From assembly GCA_963834385.1 (NCBI GenBank), contig CAWIBO010000003.1, positions 451,313-515,312 of the forward strand: a stretch of DNA of 64,000 bases, written 5' to 3'. Made by a program: the position numbers and the translations under genes. The notes under the pieces are model-generated. The model saw only the letters and a program-made list of their open reading frames with translations, searched no databases and was not told where the DNA came from. Below, in pieces: positions 30,963-40,452 of this stretch. The DNA comes from an uncultured Verrucomicrobiae bacterium (lineage in GTDB: Bacteria; Verrucomicrobiota; Verrucomicrobiia; Chthoniobacterales; UBA10450). How positions within the stretch are numbered: position 1 is the stretch's first letter; every line of letters begins with the position of its first letter.

Positions 30963-31559
30963 TCACGGCCGCGCGGGTCGGCGGGACCGCGGCGCAGGCG
31001 CGTCTTCAGACGGCGGTTTCAGGTCGAAAGTGCGAAACAAGCCGGCCAGATCGATCACTGCGCTGGCGGCTGCGCGCAGGACATTGCCCAGGTTTTGATC
31101 AACGGAGGCGACTTCCACCCGGATCCCGCGCCGGCGCAACCTGGTCACCAGGTGGGCGAAGTCGGCGTCGCCGGTTACGAGGATGACGACGTCGGGCCGG
31201 ATGGTGTCGCAAAGGTCAAGCGCATCAATGGTCATCATGACATCGACGTTCGCCTTGTAGTGCCCTTCGTCGGCCGGCGCGCCATCCTTGGTCACGACGA
31301 GAAAACCGTTGGAGCGCAGCCAGTGGACGAACTTGTTCTTTTTGTCGCGCTCCTCCTGCCAGAGTGGGATGGCCGGAGGCAGCCCGGCGTAGACCACCAT
31401 TTCCACGAGGTCCCGCCCGGTCTCGGGCCCGGCCAGGTGCTGCCGCAATTTCAGCCAGTCGAGCCCGCGCCCGGCCGTGCGCACGGAGCTGCCGATGTTC
31501 GATTCGTCCACGAGCACAAGCAGCCGGGATCGCGGGGCCGTGGCTTCGCTTTTCTTCAT
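30963..31559 (-). CDS. NYN-domain (LabA/DUF88) protein
   Basis: VLVDESN, KANVDVMMTID, LVTGDADF, GIRVEV. Confidence 0.85.
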   Translation of the reverse strand: MKKSEATAPRSRLLVLVDESNIGSSVRTAGRGLDWLKLRQHLAGPETGRDLVEMVVYAGLPPAIPLWQEERDKKNKFVHWLRSNGFLVVTKDGAPADEGHYKANVDVMMTIDALDLCDTIRPDVVILVTGDADFAHLVTRLRRRGIRVEVASVDQNLGNVLRAAASAVIDLAGLFRTFDLKPPSEDAPAPRSRRPARP

Positions 31560-31560
31560 C

Positions 31561-31842
31561 TCAATTCCAGCGCGCCCCGCTTGCGATCACGACTACCATG
31601 AAGAGCAGGTAAAGGGCGGCCGGCAGCGCCAGCAGGAGCAGCAGGATCACGGAGAGGACCTTCTGGCCGAGCGTCCGCAGGAGAAGACTTCCGCCCATCA
31701 CCAGAAGAAGGACGAGAAGGATCATCACCCAAAGGCCCGCGTTGGCCTCGGAGACGGAACCGTCCTGCACGCCGGCAAAGAAGAACCAGAGAACCACGCC
31801 GCTCACGAGCGCGTCGAACCCCCACAGGATCCAGAATTTCAT
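31561..31842 (-). CDS. Small integral membrane protein
   Basis: MKFWILWGFDALV..., three hydrophobic segments; abuts the NYN gene. Confidence 0.65.
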   Translation of the reverse strand: MKFWILWGFDALVSGVVLWFFFAGVQDGSVSEANAGLWVMILLVLLLVMGGSLLLRTLGQKVLSVILLLLLALPAALYLLFMVVVIASGARWN

Positions 31843-32011
31843 GGCGGCGCCAGCGTGAGGCCGCGCCGGACCCCTTGTCGAGCCTGCCATCAGTCTGGAT
31901 GACAAGCTTCCGGTTCCGGTTTTCCCGCCTGCAAACGGGTTGGATGCAGAAAAGGGGGCGGCTCGCCGAGATTTCGCGCGCCAGCGTGCCCTCGGCATGC
32001 GTTGGTATGGT

Positions 32012-33175
32012 ATGAGCCTATCTCGTCCCACCCGAACAATGCTGTGGTCCGTCGCCGGCATTTTCCTTCTCAGCCTTGGAACACTTGGCGCGCAGGAAGC
32101 GACCATTCGCGGCGGCAAGGAAGTTAAAACCGTGGAATCGGAAGCCGGCCCGATCGTGGTTGAAGCTCTGGCCGAAGGCCTGGATCACCCGTGGGGCATG
32201 GCCTTTCTGCCCGATGGCCGCCTTTTGGTGACCGAGCGCGCGGGGACGTTGCGGGTGCTCGATACGACCGGGCAGCTTTCGAAACCGCTCGGCGGCACGC
32301 CCAAGGTGGTGGCCCGGGGACAGGGTGGCATGCTGGACGTGGCGCTCGACCCGGACTTCGCCAAAAACCAGCTTGTCTATCTTTCCTACTCGGAAGCGGG
32401 CGAGGGGGGAGCCTCCACCGCGCTCGGCCGGGGCCGACTCGAGGGCAACGAGCTGCGTGATTTCAAGGTCATCTTCCGGCAGGAACCAAAGGTCTCGGGC
32501 CCCAATCATTTCGGCAACCGCATCGTCTTCACCGGGGATGGTCATCTCTTCCTCGCCCTCGGGGAGCGGTTCAAGTTTGATCCATCGCAGGATCTCGGCA
32601 GCCATCTCGGCAAGATTGTCCGGATCAAGCTGGATGGCAGTGTGCCTTCCGATAATCCCTTTGTCGGCCGCGAGGGCGCGCGTCCCGAGATCTGGTCCTA
32701 CGGTCATCGGAACATCCAGAGCGCCGCGATTCATCCGGGAACAAAGCAGCTCTTCGTGGCCGAGTTCGGTCCGCAGGGAGGCGACGAACTGAACCTGCCG
32801 AAAAAGGGCGGGAACTACGGCTGGCCGGCCGTGAGCTGGGGCGAACATTATAATGGCGACGATATTCCTGATCCGCCGACCCGGCCGGAGTTCGCCGATG
32901 CCATCAAGCATTGGACCCCGGTCATCTCGCCTTCCGGAATGTTGTTTTATACCGGCAAAGCCTTTCCGGCCTGGCGCGACAGCGCGCTTATCGGCGGCCT
33001 TTCCTCGCAGTCGCTTATCCGGGTCAAAACCGACGGCCGCAGTTTCCAGGGGGAAGAACGCCTGAAGCTGGGCGAACGCATCCGCGACGTCGAGCAGGGA
33101 CCGGACGGTTTTGTCTATCTGCTGACCGACGAGGACAACGGCAAAGTCTGGCGTTTGCGTCCGAAGCAACCGTGA
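32012..33175 (+). CDS. PQQ-dependent sugar (aldose) dehydrogenase, YliI/GdhB family
   Basis: LDHPWGMAFLPDG, GQGGMLDV, HFGNRI, YGHRNIQ, GGNYGWP, RIRDV. Confidence 0.9.
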   Translation: MSLSRPTRTMLWSVAGIFLLSLGTLGAQEATIRGGKEVKTVESEAGPIVVEALAEGLDHPWGMAFLPDGRLLVTERAGTLRVLDTTGQLSKPLGGTPKVVARGQGGMLDVALDPDFAKNQLVYLSYSEAGEGGASTALGRGRLEGNELRDFKVIFRQEPKVSGPNHFGNRIVFTGDGHLFLALGERFKFDPSQDLGSHLGKIVRIKLDGSVPSDNPFVGREGARPEIWSYGHRNIQSAAIHPGTKQLFVAEFGPQGGDELNLPKKGGNYGWPAVSWGEHYNGDDIPDPPTRPEFADAIKHWTPVISPSGMLFYTGKAFPAWRDSALIGGLSSQSLIRVKTDGRSFQGEERLKLGERIRDVEQGPDGFVYLLTDEDNGKVWRLRPKQP

Positions 33176-33229
33176 GTCTCGGGGCCGGCGGGCATTGACG
33201 CGCGGGCGCGCGCCCGTCATCGTCCCGCC

Positions 33230-33796
33230 ATGCTTTCCCTTTTTCTGATCCTCCTGGCGGCGTGGCCGATGAACCTGACCCCGGCGGTGGGCGGGATGTC
33301 GGCGGAAGCGCGCGAGGTGACGTTCGGATGCTGGCACGATCCGAAGACCGGCTACTATCTCTACAAGTCGATGGACTGCGACGGCGCGCACACCAGCATC
33401 ACGCTGACGAAGGACCGGCGGATGGTGACCGAGTCGGGCTTCGAAGTGGCGCGGTTCGGGCGCAAGCCGGAGGAAGGCGCGGGGACCAAGATCGAGGAGC
33501 GCGCTCTTGATCTCTCGACCAAAAACGGTCTCCGGATCGGGATGACGCGTGACGAGCTGGTGGGCAAACTGGGTGAGCCGACGCGCACGGCGGTGCGCGG
33601 GCGCAACCGCGAGTTCTGGTGCGCGCTTTACAAGAGCGTGGAGCGCAAGGACGCGGTAAGCGGGCGCATCCTGCGCAACACCTACATCTTCAAGAATGAC
33701 CGGCTCATCGAGATCGCCATCAACCTCGATTCCTTTCCCGGCTGCGGCGATGACGACTCGGCCTCGGACGACGGCTGGCCCTGGTCGAAGTTTTAG
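33230..33796 (+). CDS. Hypothetical exported protein
   Basis: Signal-like N-terminus; GLRIGMTRDELVGKLGEP motif; preceded by TTGACG-17-CATCGT. Confidence 0.65.
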   Translation: MLSLFLILLAAWPMNLTPAVGGMSAEAREVTFGCWHDPKTGYYLYKSMDCDGAHTSITLTKDRRMVTESGFEVARFGRKPEEGAGTKIEERALDLSTKNGLRIGMTRDELVGKLGEPTRTAVRGRNREFWCALYKSVERKDAVSGRILRNTYIFKNDRLIEIAINLDSFPGCGDDDSASDDGWPWSKF

Positions 33797-33869
33797 GCGC
33801 GCCCGCCCGGGGGCGCCGGGTTGAGATTCCCATTCCCGAGCGTTGCCGCTGCGGTTACAACTTCCTGCA

Positions 33870-36617
33870 ATGGCGCCTGACGAGATAAAGCTGCGCGGTT
33901 TCGACAAGGTCGAGCGCGACATGCAGTTCCTCGTGGAATGTTTCCGCGAGTCGCTTGAGGAAAGCGGGCATGGCGCGGTTGCCCACCTGCTCGGGCGGGA
34001 CGAGAGCCCGGCCGCCGCGGACGCCGGTTTGTCGGTCGAGCGCGTGGCCCAGCTTTATTCCGTGGCCTTTCAACTGCTCAATTTGGTCGAGGAAAACGCC
34101 GCCGCGCAGGCCCGCCGCGCGCGCGAGACGGAGCGCGGCCTCCTGCACGAGCCCGGGCTTTGGGGACGGGTCCTGGTCAGGCTGCGTGACCTGAAAATTC
34201 CGGCGGAGGAGATCGCCGCTGCCCTGCCGAGGATGCGGGTCGAGCCGGTCCTGACCGCGCATCCCACGGAGGCAAAACGGGCCACGGTGCTTGAGGCCCA
34301 CCGGGATCTGTATGTGCTGCTGGTCAAGCGCGAGAACAGCATGTGGACGCCGCTGGAGCAGCGCGGGATCCGGCGCGAGATCAAGGCGGTCATGGAACGC
34401 CTCTGGCGAGCCGGCGACATTTACCTCGAAAAACCGGATGTCCCCGCGGAACTGCGCAACGTGGTGCATTACCTGCGCAACGTTTTTCCTGCGGTGGTTC
34501 CCCTGCTCGATTTGAGACTCCGCGAGGCCTGGGCCGAGGTCGGCTTCGATCCCGCGCTCCTGCTCGAACCGGAGTCGTTGCCCCGCCTTTCCTTCGGCGA
34601 TTGGGTCGGCGGCGATCGCGACGGACATCCGCTCGTCACCGCCGGGATCACCCGGGAAACATTACGGGAACTTCGGCGCGCCGCGCTCGACCTGATGCAG
34701 ACGCATCTCCGGTCGCTCGCCCGGCGCTTGTCGCTTTCCGGCCGGTTGCAGGCGCCGCCGCCGGCGCTCCGGCAGTGGCTCGAAGAAACAGCCTCCCGGC
34801 TTGGCCCGGCGGCGGAATCGCCGTTGTGCCGCAATCCGCAGGAACCGTGGCGGCAAATGGTGAACCTGATGCTGGCCCGGCTCCCCGCGGCTGAAGCTTC
34901 GCCCGGGGAGAAGGAGGAACACTCGTATCAGGCGGCGGAAGAACTCGTGGCCGATCTTTCTCTGCTCCGCCGGTCGCTCGTGGAGGTCGAGGCCACGCAG
35001 ATTGCCGGGATGGAGGTGGAACCGGCGTTGCGCGCGGCCCAGACCTTCGGGTTTCATCTGGCCGCGCTCGATATTCGGCAGAACAGCAGCTTTCACGATC
35101 TCGCCCTCTCGCAACTCCTTTGCGCGGCCGGCATCGACGGGGCGGATTTTTCCGCGTGGCCGGAGGAACGACGACTGGAAATGGTGGAGCGCGAACTTCT
35201 CTCGCCCCGGCCGTTCGCCCGCAGCGGAGTCTCGCCCGGCACCGAGGCGGACGCGGTGGTCCACTGCTACCGCGTGCTCGCCCGCGAAGTTCGCGACCAT
35301 GGCGCGGACGGACTGGGCGCTCTGATCGTGAGCATGACCCGCAGCGTCTCGGATCTGCTGGTGGTTTATCTGCTCGCCCGTGAGACGGCCCTGGTCTCCG
35401 CCGGGAAAGAGGGCCTGGTCTGCGCGCTCCCGGTCGTGCCGCTCTTCGAGACCATCGATGACCTCGAGCGGAGCCCGGAAATTCTGCGCGCTTTTCTGCG
35501 GCATCCGGTCACCCGGCGCAGCCTGGAGTTCCAGCGCGGGCGCCACGGGGGCGATCTCGTGCAACAGGTCATGGTCGGCTACAGCGACAGCAACAAGGAT
35601 GGCGGCATCATCGCCAGCCAATGGCAGCTTCACCGGACGCAGCGGGCGCTGGCCGCGGTCGGCCGGGAGGAAGGCGTGCGCATTCGCTTCTTTCACGGGC
35701 GCGGCGGCACCATCAGCCGCGGCGCCGGCCCGACTCACCGATTTCTCAGCGCGCTGCCCCACGGCACCGTCTCCGGCGATGTCCGCATGACCGAACAGGG
35801 CGAGACCATCGCCCAGAAGTTCGCCAATCGGATTACGGCCGCGCATAATCTCGAACTGCTCATGGCCGGCGTGGCCGGCGCCACTTTGCAGCAGGCCGGC
35901 CTCCCGGAAGAGACGCATCCGCTCGAACCGGTGATGGACCGTCTCGCCGCGGCCAGCCGCGCCGCCTACGAGGATCTCATCGCCGAGGAGGGGTTCCATG
36001 ACTTCTTTCGTCAGGCCACGCCGATCGACGCCATCGAGGCCAGCCGGATCGGTTCGCGGCCGGCCCGACGAACCGGCCGTTCCTCCATCGACGATCTTCG
36101 CGCGATTCCCTGGGTCTTCAGCTGGAGCCAGGCGCGCTTTTATCTCACCGGCTGGTATGGGGCCGGGCGCGCTCTGGCCCGGTTGCGCGAGGAGGATTCG
36201 GCCGCTTTCGACGCCGTGCGCCAGCATGTCTGGGAATGGGCCCCACTGCGTTATGTCCTCACCAACGTCAGCACCAGCGTGCTCAGTGCGAGCATCGAAG
36301 TGGCGGGACGCTATGCCGCGCTGGTCGAGGAGAACGCCCTGCGCGAGCGGATTTTCGGCAGGATCGCCGAAGAGTTCCAGCGCACCTGCGACATGCTCGA
36401 GATTGTCTTTGAAGGGAAGGTCGAGCAGAGCCGGCCGCGCCTGTTTCACACCATCGCGGCGCGCCAGCCCTGGCTCGACCGTCTCCACGCGCAGCAGATC
36501 GATCTCCTTCGCCGTTACCGCGATCTGTTACGCCGCCAGGAACCGGCCGAGGAAACGCTCATCCAGCTTCTCGTGACCGTGAACGCCATCGCCAGCGGAT
36601 TGCGCACCACCGGATAA
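33870..36617 (+). CDS. ppc: Phosphoenolpyruvate carboxylase
   Basis: VLTAHPTE, GGDRDGHP, PLFETIDDL, MVGYSDSNKDGG, FHGRGGTISRG, LRAIPWVF, LRTTG. Confidence 0.96.
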   Translation: MAPDEIKLRGFDKVERDMQFLVECFRESLEESGHGAVAHLLGRDESPAAADAGLSVERVAQLYSVAFQLLNLVEENAAAQARRARETERGLLHEPGLWGRVLVRLRDLKIPAEEIAAALPRMRVEPVLTAHPTEAKRATVLEAHRDLYVLLVKRENSMWTPLEQRGIRREIKAVMERLWRAGDIYLEKPDVPAELRNVVHYLRNVFPAVVPLLDLRLREAWAEVGFDPALLLEPESLPRLSFGDWVGGDRDGHPLVTAGITRETLRELRRAALDLMQTHLRSLARRLSLSGRLQAPPPALRQWLEETASRLGPAAESPLCRNPQEPWRQMVNLMLARLPAAEASPGEKEEHSYQAAEELVADLSLLRRSLVEVEATQIAGMEVEPALRAAQTFGFHLAALDIRQNSSFHDLALSQLLCAAGIDGADFSAWPEERRLEMVERELLSPRPFARSGVSPGTEADAVVHCYRVLAREVRDHGADGLGALIVSMTRSVSDLLVVYLLARETALVSAGKEGLVCALPVVPLFETIDDLERSPEILRAFLRHPVTRRSLEFQRGRHGGDLVQQVMVGYSDSNKDGGIIASQWQLHRTQRALAAVGREEGVRIRFFHGRGGTISRGAGPTHRFLSALPHGTVSGDVRMTEQGETIAQKFANRITAAHNLELLMAGVAGATLQQAGLPEETHPLEPVMDRLAAASRAAYEDLIAEEGFHDFFRQATPIDAIEASRIGSRPARRTGRSSIDDLRAIPWVFSWSQARFYLTGWYGAGRALARLREEDSAAFDAVRQHVWEWAPLRYVLTNVSTSVLSASIEVAGRYAALVEENALRERIFGRIAEEFQRTCDMLEIVFEGKVEQSRPRLFHTIAARQPWLDRLHAQQIDLLRRYRDLLRRQEPAEETLIQLLVTVNAIASGLRTTG

Positions 36618-36626
36618 ACGCGCGGC

Positions 36627-37127
36627 TCACTCGGCCGCGGCGCCGAAAAAAATCCGTGCCACCCGGCCTCCCTCGAAGTTGAAAATAACGCCACCGTAGA
36701 CGGATCCGGCCACCAGCGTTTCGGGGTCGCGGGGCGCATCGCGCTCCTCCCACCGGCCGTAGATCCTGCGCGCTTCGTTTTCCGGGCTGCCGATGCCGAC
36801 ACCACCCGCGGTCTTCCACGGGCAGGGCGCCTGCGCCAGGATATGCGCCAGGCGCCTGGGACCGTTTCTCTCCGCGCCACTGAACAACAGCTCGAGACCC
36901 TTCCCCGGATATTGCCAATCCTGGACAAAACTACCGTCCGCCTCCTGGTGCACCACCGGGCCGCGTCGGTCGGGCTTGCCCAGCAAACGTCTGACCTCCT
37001 CCTCCCGTTGACCTAAACGAAGCGGGCCCAAATGTTCCTTTTTCAGGAGGGCGTCGCCCGGCTCCTCCGCTGACACCAGCATCTTGCCGGCGGCGAGCAC
37101 AAGAGAGAGCAGAAGCAGTCGCTTCAT
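36627..37127 (-). CDS. Hypothetical exported protein
   Basis: MKRLLLLSLVLAAG signal; GPLRLGQREEEVRRLLGKP and GVGIGSPENEARRIYG repeats. Confidence 0.65.
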   Translation of the reverse strand: MKRLLLLSLVLAAGKMLVSAEEPGDALLKKEHLGPLRLGQREEEVRRLLGKPDRRGPVVHQEADGSFVQDWQYPGKGLELLFSGAERNGPRRLAHILAQAPCPWKTAGGVGIGSPENEARRIYGRWEERDAPRDPETLVAGSVYGGVIFNFEGGRVARIFFGAAAE

Positions 37128-37227
37128 CCGCGAAGCATGCGGCACCCGGAACGGTGGCGTCGAGCGCAATGCAGCCTCCGCGATTCCGCTGTTGTCGGTC
37201 GCCGGTGGTTTTGCCATATCTGGCCCG

Positions 37228-37935
37228 ATGCATCGTCTCGTTCTTCTCTCTTTCATCCTGGGGTCGCTCTCCCTCGCGGCCACGCCGCCCCTGCAGGAGT
37301 TTAAGAACGCCACGTTCGTGCAGACCGACTACAACGATGGCGACAGCTTTCGGCTTCGGCTGGAACGGGGGGGCGTGGCCGAGGAACACGTGGCCCGCCT
37401 TTATTTCGTCGACGCCTTTGAATCGATCGCCGGGACCGACACCGACAAACGACGTCTCCTCGAGCAGACCCGTTACTTCGGCTTCCCCGAGGAGAAAAGA
37501 AAAGAGGGAAGAAAATTCGGGGTCAAGGCGGCCGCGCGCGTGGCCGAACTGCTGGCCCGGCCTTTCACCGTTCACACCGCCTTTGCCTCCGCTCCGGGCC
37601 GCTCCCGGAAACCGCGCATCTATGTCATGATCACGACGGCGCAGGGCGACGATCTCGCGGCGGTGCTCGTGCGCGCGGGCCTGGCCCGCGTCATCGGCAC
37701 GGCGCGCAAGCGTCCCGATGGCACCAGCGCGGACGCCTATCAGCAGGAGTTGCGAACCCTGGAACTGGAAGCGGCCGTGAAACGGCGCGGGGCCTGGAGC
37801 CTGGCGAATTTTGATCGCATCGTGGAATTGCGAAACCAGCAGCGCGAGGAGGACCGCGCCCTCGAAAAAGCGGTGGGGGAGACCGTGGAGCCGGCGCCGA
37901 CGCCCCCCGCGAAGCGGGGCCGAAAGAAGCCTTAG
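37228..37935 (+). CDS. Thermonuclease (SNase-like) family exported protein
   Basis: NDGDSF, RLYFVDAFE, LVRAGLAR, AAVKRRGAW. Confidence 0.75.
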   Translation: MHRLVLLSFILGSLSLAATPPLQEFKNATFVQTDYNDGDSFRLRLERGGVAEEHVARLYFVDAFESIAGTDTDKRRLLEQTRYFGFPEEKRKEGRKFGVKAAARVAELLARPFTVHTAFASAPGRSRKPRIYVMITTAQGDDLAAVLVRAGLARVIGTARKRPDGTSADAYQQELRTLELEAAVKRRGAWSLANFDRIVELRNQQREEDRALEKAVGETVEPAPTPPAKRGRKKP

Positions 37936-38765
37936 CGGGGAGCGGAATCGGTGCCGGGCTGTCCCATCGATCTCTGCAGCTCGAGCAACGGTTCCTGGTT
38001 GACCTCGATAAAGCCGCGCCGGGGCCGGTCCAGATCGATGATAATGAAAACCAGCATCACGATCAGCCCCACCATCATGTAGGTGGCAAAGGAGGCGCGG
38101 TGCCCGGCGAACCCGGCGGCGTAGCCCACCACGCCCGCGGTCAGGATGAAGGTGCCGTAAAGAAGGCCGAGGACCAGCTCGGGGACATGCCGGGCCACGC
38201 TGGCATTTCGCTTCCCGTAGGCGTCGATCATTTCGTTCAGCGACTGGATGAAGAGACCGGAGGTGACCGGGCGGCTGTCTTCCTCGGCGGTGCGGCGGGC
38301 GTTGATCCAGAGTTGATTCAGGACCCGGTCGATTTGCCGGAGGAGTTTCCGGCGCTCATCCGACCTTTCCAGGCTGACCGACCCCGCCTTGACCCGCAGG
38401 TCGAGGAACTGGCGCAGCAATTCGCGGGTCGGTTCGCGCACGGAAGCGGGGATCAGCTCCGCCCGGAGATAGGTGGTGCCGATGGCGTTGGCCTCGTCCG
38501 CCACCGCCAGGCTGCGGTTCTCGTGACGTTGCAAAGCCATGGAAAAAGAGAAGCCGAGGAGGAGAGCGAGCACGCCGAGGAGCGAAGCCTGCACGGTGTT
38601 CACGTGGGTGCGCGACGGTTCCGTGGCATCGCGCGCGGTCCAGCGCCCGACGTGATAACCGGCCTCGATCGCGGCCAGGAGCGAAACGAGAAGCAGGCTG
38701 ACAATGAGAAGGCTGCTGAGATCGTACACGCGACCTATGAAGCGCCAGCGGTCGCCGCTTGGCAA
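37932..38765 (-). CDS. DUF4239/bestrophin-like membrane protein
   Basis: LLGFSFSMA, EANAIGTTYLRA, IIDLDRPRRG. Confidence 0.75.
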   Translation of the reverse strand: MPSGDRWRFIGRVYDLSSLLIVSLLLVSLLAAIEAGYHVGRWTARDATEPSRTHVNTVQASLLGVLALLLGFSFSMALQRHENRSLAVADEANAIGTTYLRAELIPASVREPTRELLRQFLDLRVKAGSVSLERSDERRKLLRQIDRVLNQLWINARRTAEEDSRPVTSGLFIQSLNEMIDAYGKRNASVARHVPELVLGLLYGTFILTAGVVGYAAGFAGHRASFATYMMVGLIVMLVFIIIDLDRPRRGFIEVNQEPLLELQRSMGQPGTDSAPR

Positions 38766-38880
38766 GCGTGCGCTTCCTTTTCTCCGCGGATCACAGGAGC
38801 GGCTCCGGCATTCTGCTGGACATCGGCGGTGAGCGCCCGAGCCTGATGGAACGAAACATCAACCCAAGGAGGTTTATCCC

Positions 38881-39351
38881 ATGAGAAAATTAGCGACACC
38901 ATGCGGCGCGGCCGTTCTCGCGGCCGTCCTTGCCTCGGTCAGTCTGGCGCAGGCGCCCACACCCCCCGCGAAGGGCTCGGGCACCGACGGCGCCGTCACC
39001 AAGAGCGCCGTTGTTTTTGCCTCGGCGGACAAGGCCGAGTTCAAGGAAGCCATCCCCGGCGTTTCCAAATCGGCCCTCTGGGGCGACGCCGCCAGGGGAG
39101 CCTACGGCGCCTTCACCAAATTCAGGCCCGGCCTCGATGGCGGGATGCATACTCATCCGCACGACATCTGGATCGTCGGCTTGAAAGGAGCCTACATCTA
39201 CCGGGACGAGGCCGGCGAAAAACGCGTCGGCCCGGGCCAGTTCATCTGGATTCCCGCCGGCAAGAAACATTGGAGCGGCGGCGACGCCACGGCGGGCGCC
39301 CTCTTTCACGAGGAATCGTCCGGCGCCTTCGGGTTGACCCCGGCAAAATAA
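38881..39351 (+). CDS. Exported cupin (DUF4437-like)
   Basis: Signal peptide; LWGDA, HTHPHD, PAGKKHWS; SD AAGGAGG upstream. Confidence 0.75.
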   Translation: MRKLATPCGAAVLAAVLASVSLAQAPTPPAKGSGTDGAVTKSAVVFASADKAEFKEAIPGVSKSALWGDAARGAYGAFTKFRPGLDGGMHTHPHDIWIVGLKGAYIYRDEAGEKRVGPGQFIWIPAGKKHWSGGDATAGALFHEESSGAFGLTPAK

Positions 39352-39408
39352 TCTCGTCGGCACGGCGGCGGGTCGGGGGACCGGCCCGCCCCGCGCCTTC
39401 GGCGCTCG

Positions 39409-40380
39409 TCAGGCGGCGTCGAGCTGCTTCATTTCCTCCGGGGTGAGCCGGAGGCGGGCGGCTGCGACATTTTCCTCGAGGTGTTTCAGCGATGATGTTC
39501 CCGGGATCGGCAGCATGACCGGCGAACGTTGCAGGAGCCACGCGAGCGCCACCTGGTAAACACTCGCTTTCCGCTGCTCCGCCACGGCCTCGACGGCGCT
39601 GCCCTTGAGCGGGCGTCCCCCGCCCACCGGTGACCAGGGCATGAACCCGAGCCCTTCCTTTTCACAATAGGCCAGGGCGTCATCCCACTTCCGGTTGGTC
39701 ACGTTGTATTGGTTCTGCACCGTCGCGATGGGCAGGATCTGTCGGGCTTTCGTGATCTGCTCCGGCCCCACCTCGGAAAGACCAACGTGCCGGATTTTTC
39801 CCGCGTCGCGCATTTCCTTGAGCGCGCCGAGGGAGTCTTCCATCGGCACGTCCGGGTCGATTCGATGCAGTTGATAGAGATCAATCCGTTCCACTCGCAG
39901 CCGTTTCAGGCTGTCGTCCACGCACTTCTTCAGGTAATCCGGTTTTCCGTTCGGCACCCATTGTCCGGGCCCCGGGCGGGTCAAGCCGCCCTTGGTCGCG
40001 ATGACCACACCCTTCGGATAGGGATGCAGGGCCTCGGCGATCAGCTCCTCGTTGGTGTTCGGTCCGTAGGCGTCGGCGGTGTCGAGCAGGTTGACTCCAA
40101 GGTCGAGCGCGCGTTTCAGCACCTGGCGCGCCTCCGCGCGGTCCTTCGGCCAGCCCCACACGCCGTCGCCCGTCAGGCGCATGGCCCCGTAACCCATCCG
40201 GTTCACCGCCAGGTCGCCTCCGATTTTGAACATGGAAACATTCTCGTCGAGCAGGGCTTCGGCGGCGCGCAAAATCGAGGGGCCGGCGAGAAAAGTCGCG
40301 CCGCTGCCGAGCGCGATCTGGACAAAACGACGGCGGGAATAATGCGCAGGTTGGGAGAAGCTCATCCGGGATGCTCGCAT
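39409..40380 (-). CDS. Aldo/keto reductase with twin-arginine-like leader
   Basis: SRRRFVQ leader; GYGAMRL, DTADAYG, IDLYQLH, GLSE, PIPGTS. Confidence 0.9.
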   Translation of the reverse strand: MRASRMSFSQPAHYSRRRFVQIALGSGATFLAGPSILRAAEALLDENVSMFKIGGDLAVNRMGYGAMRLTGDGVWGWPKDRAEARQVLKRALDLGVNLLDTADAYGPNTNEELIAEALHPYPKGVVIATKGGLTRPGPGQWVPNGKPDYLKKCVDDSLKRLRVERIDLYQLHRIDPDVPMEDSLGALKEMRDAGKIRHVGLSEVGPEQITKARQILPIATVQNQYNVTNRKWDDALAYCEKEGLGFMPWSPVGGGRPLKGSAVEAVAEQRKASVYQVALAWLLQRSPVMLPIPGTSSLKHLEENVAAARLRLTPEEMKQLDAA

Positions 40381-40452
40381 GGCTGGCCCGCCCCGGCCAG
40401 TCCGCGGCGCGGGGCGCTGGCCCTGACGCGTGCGGGGGAGTATGATGCTCGC

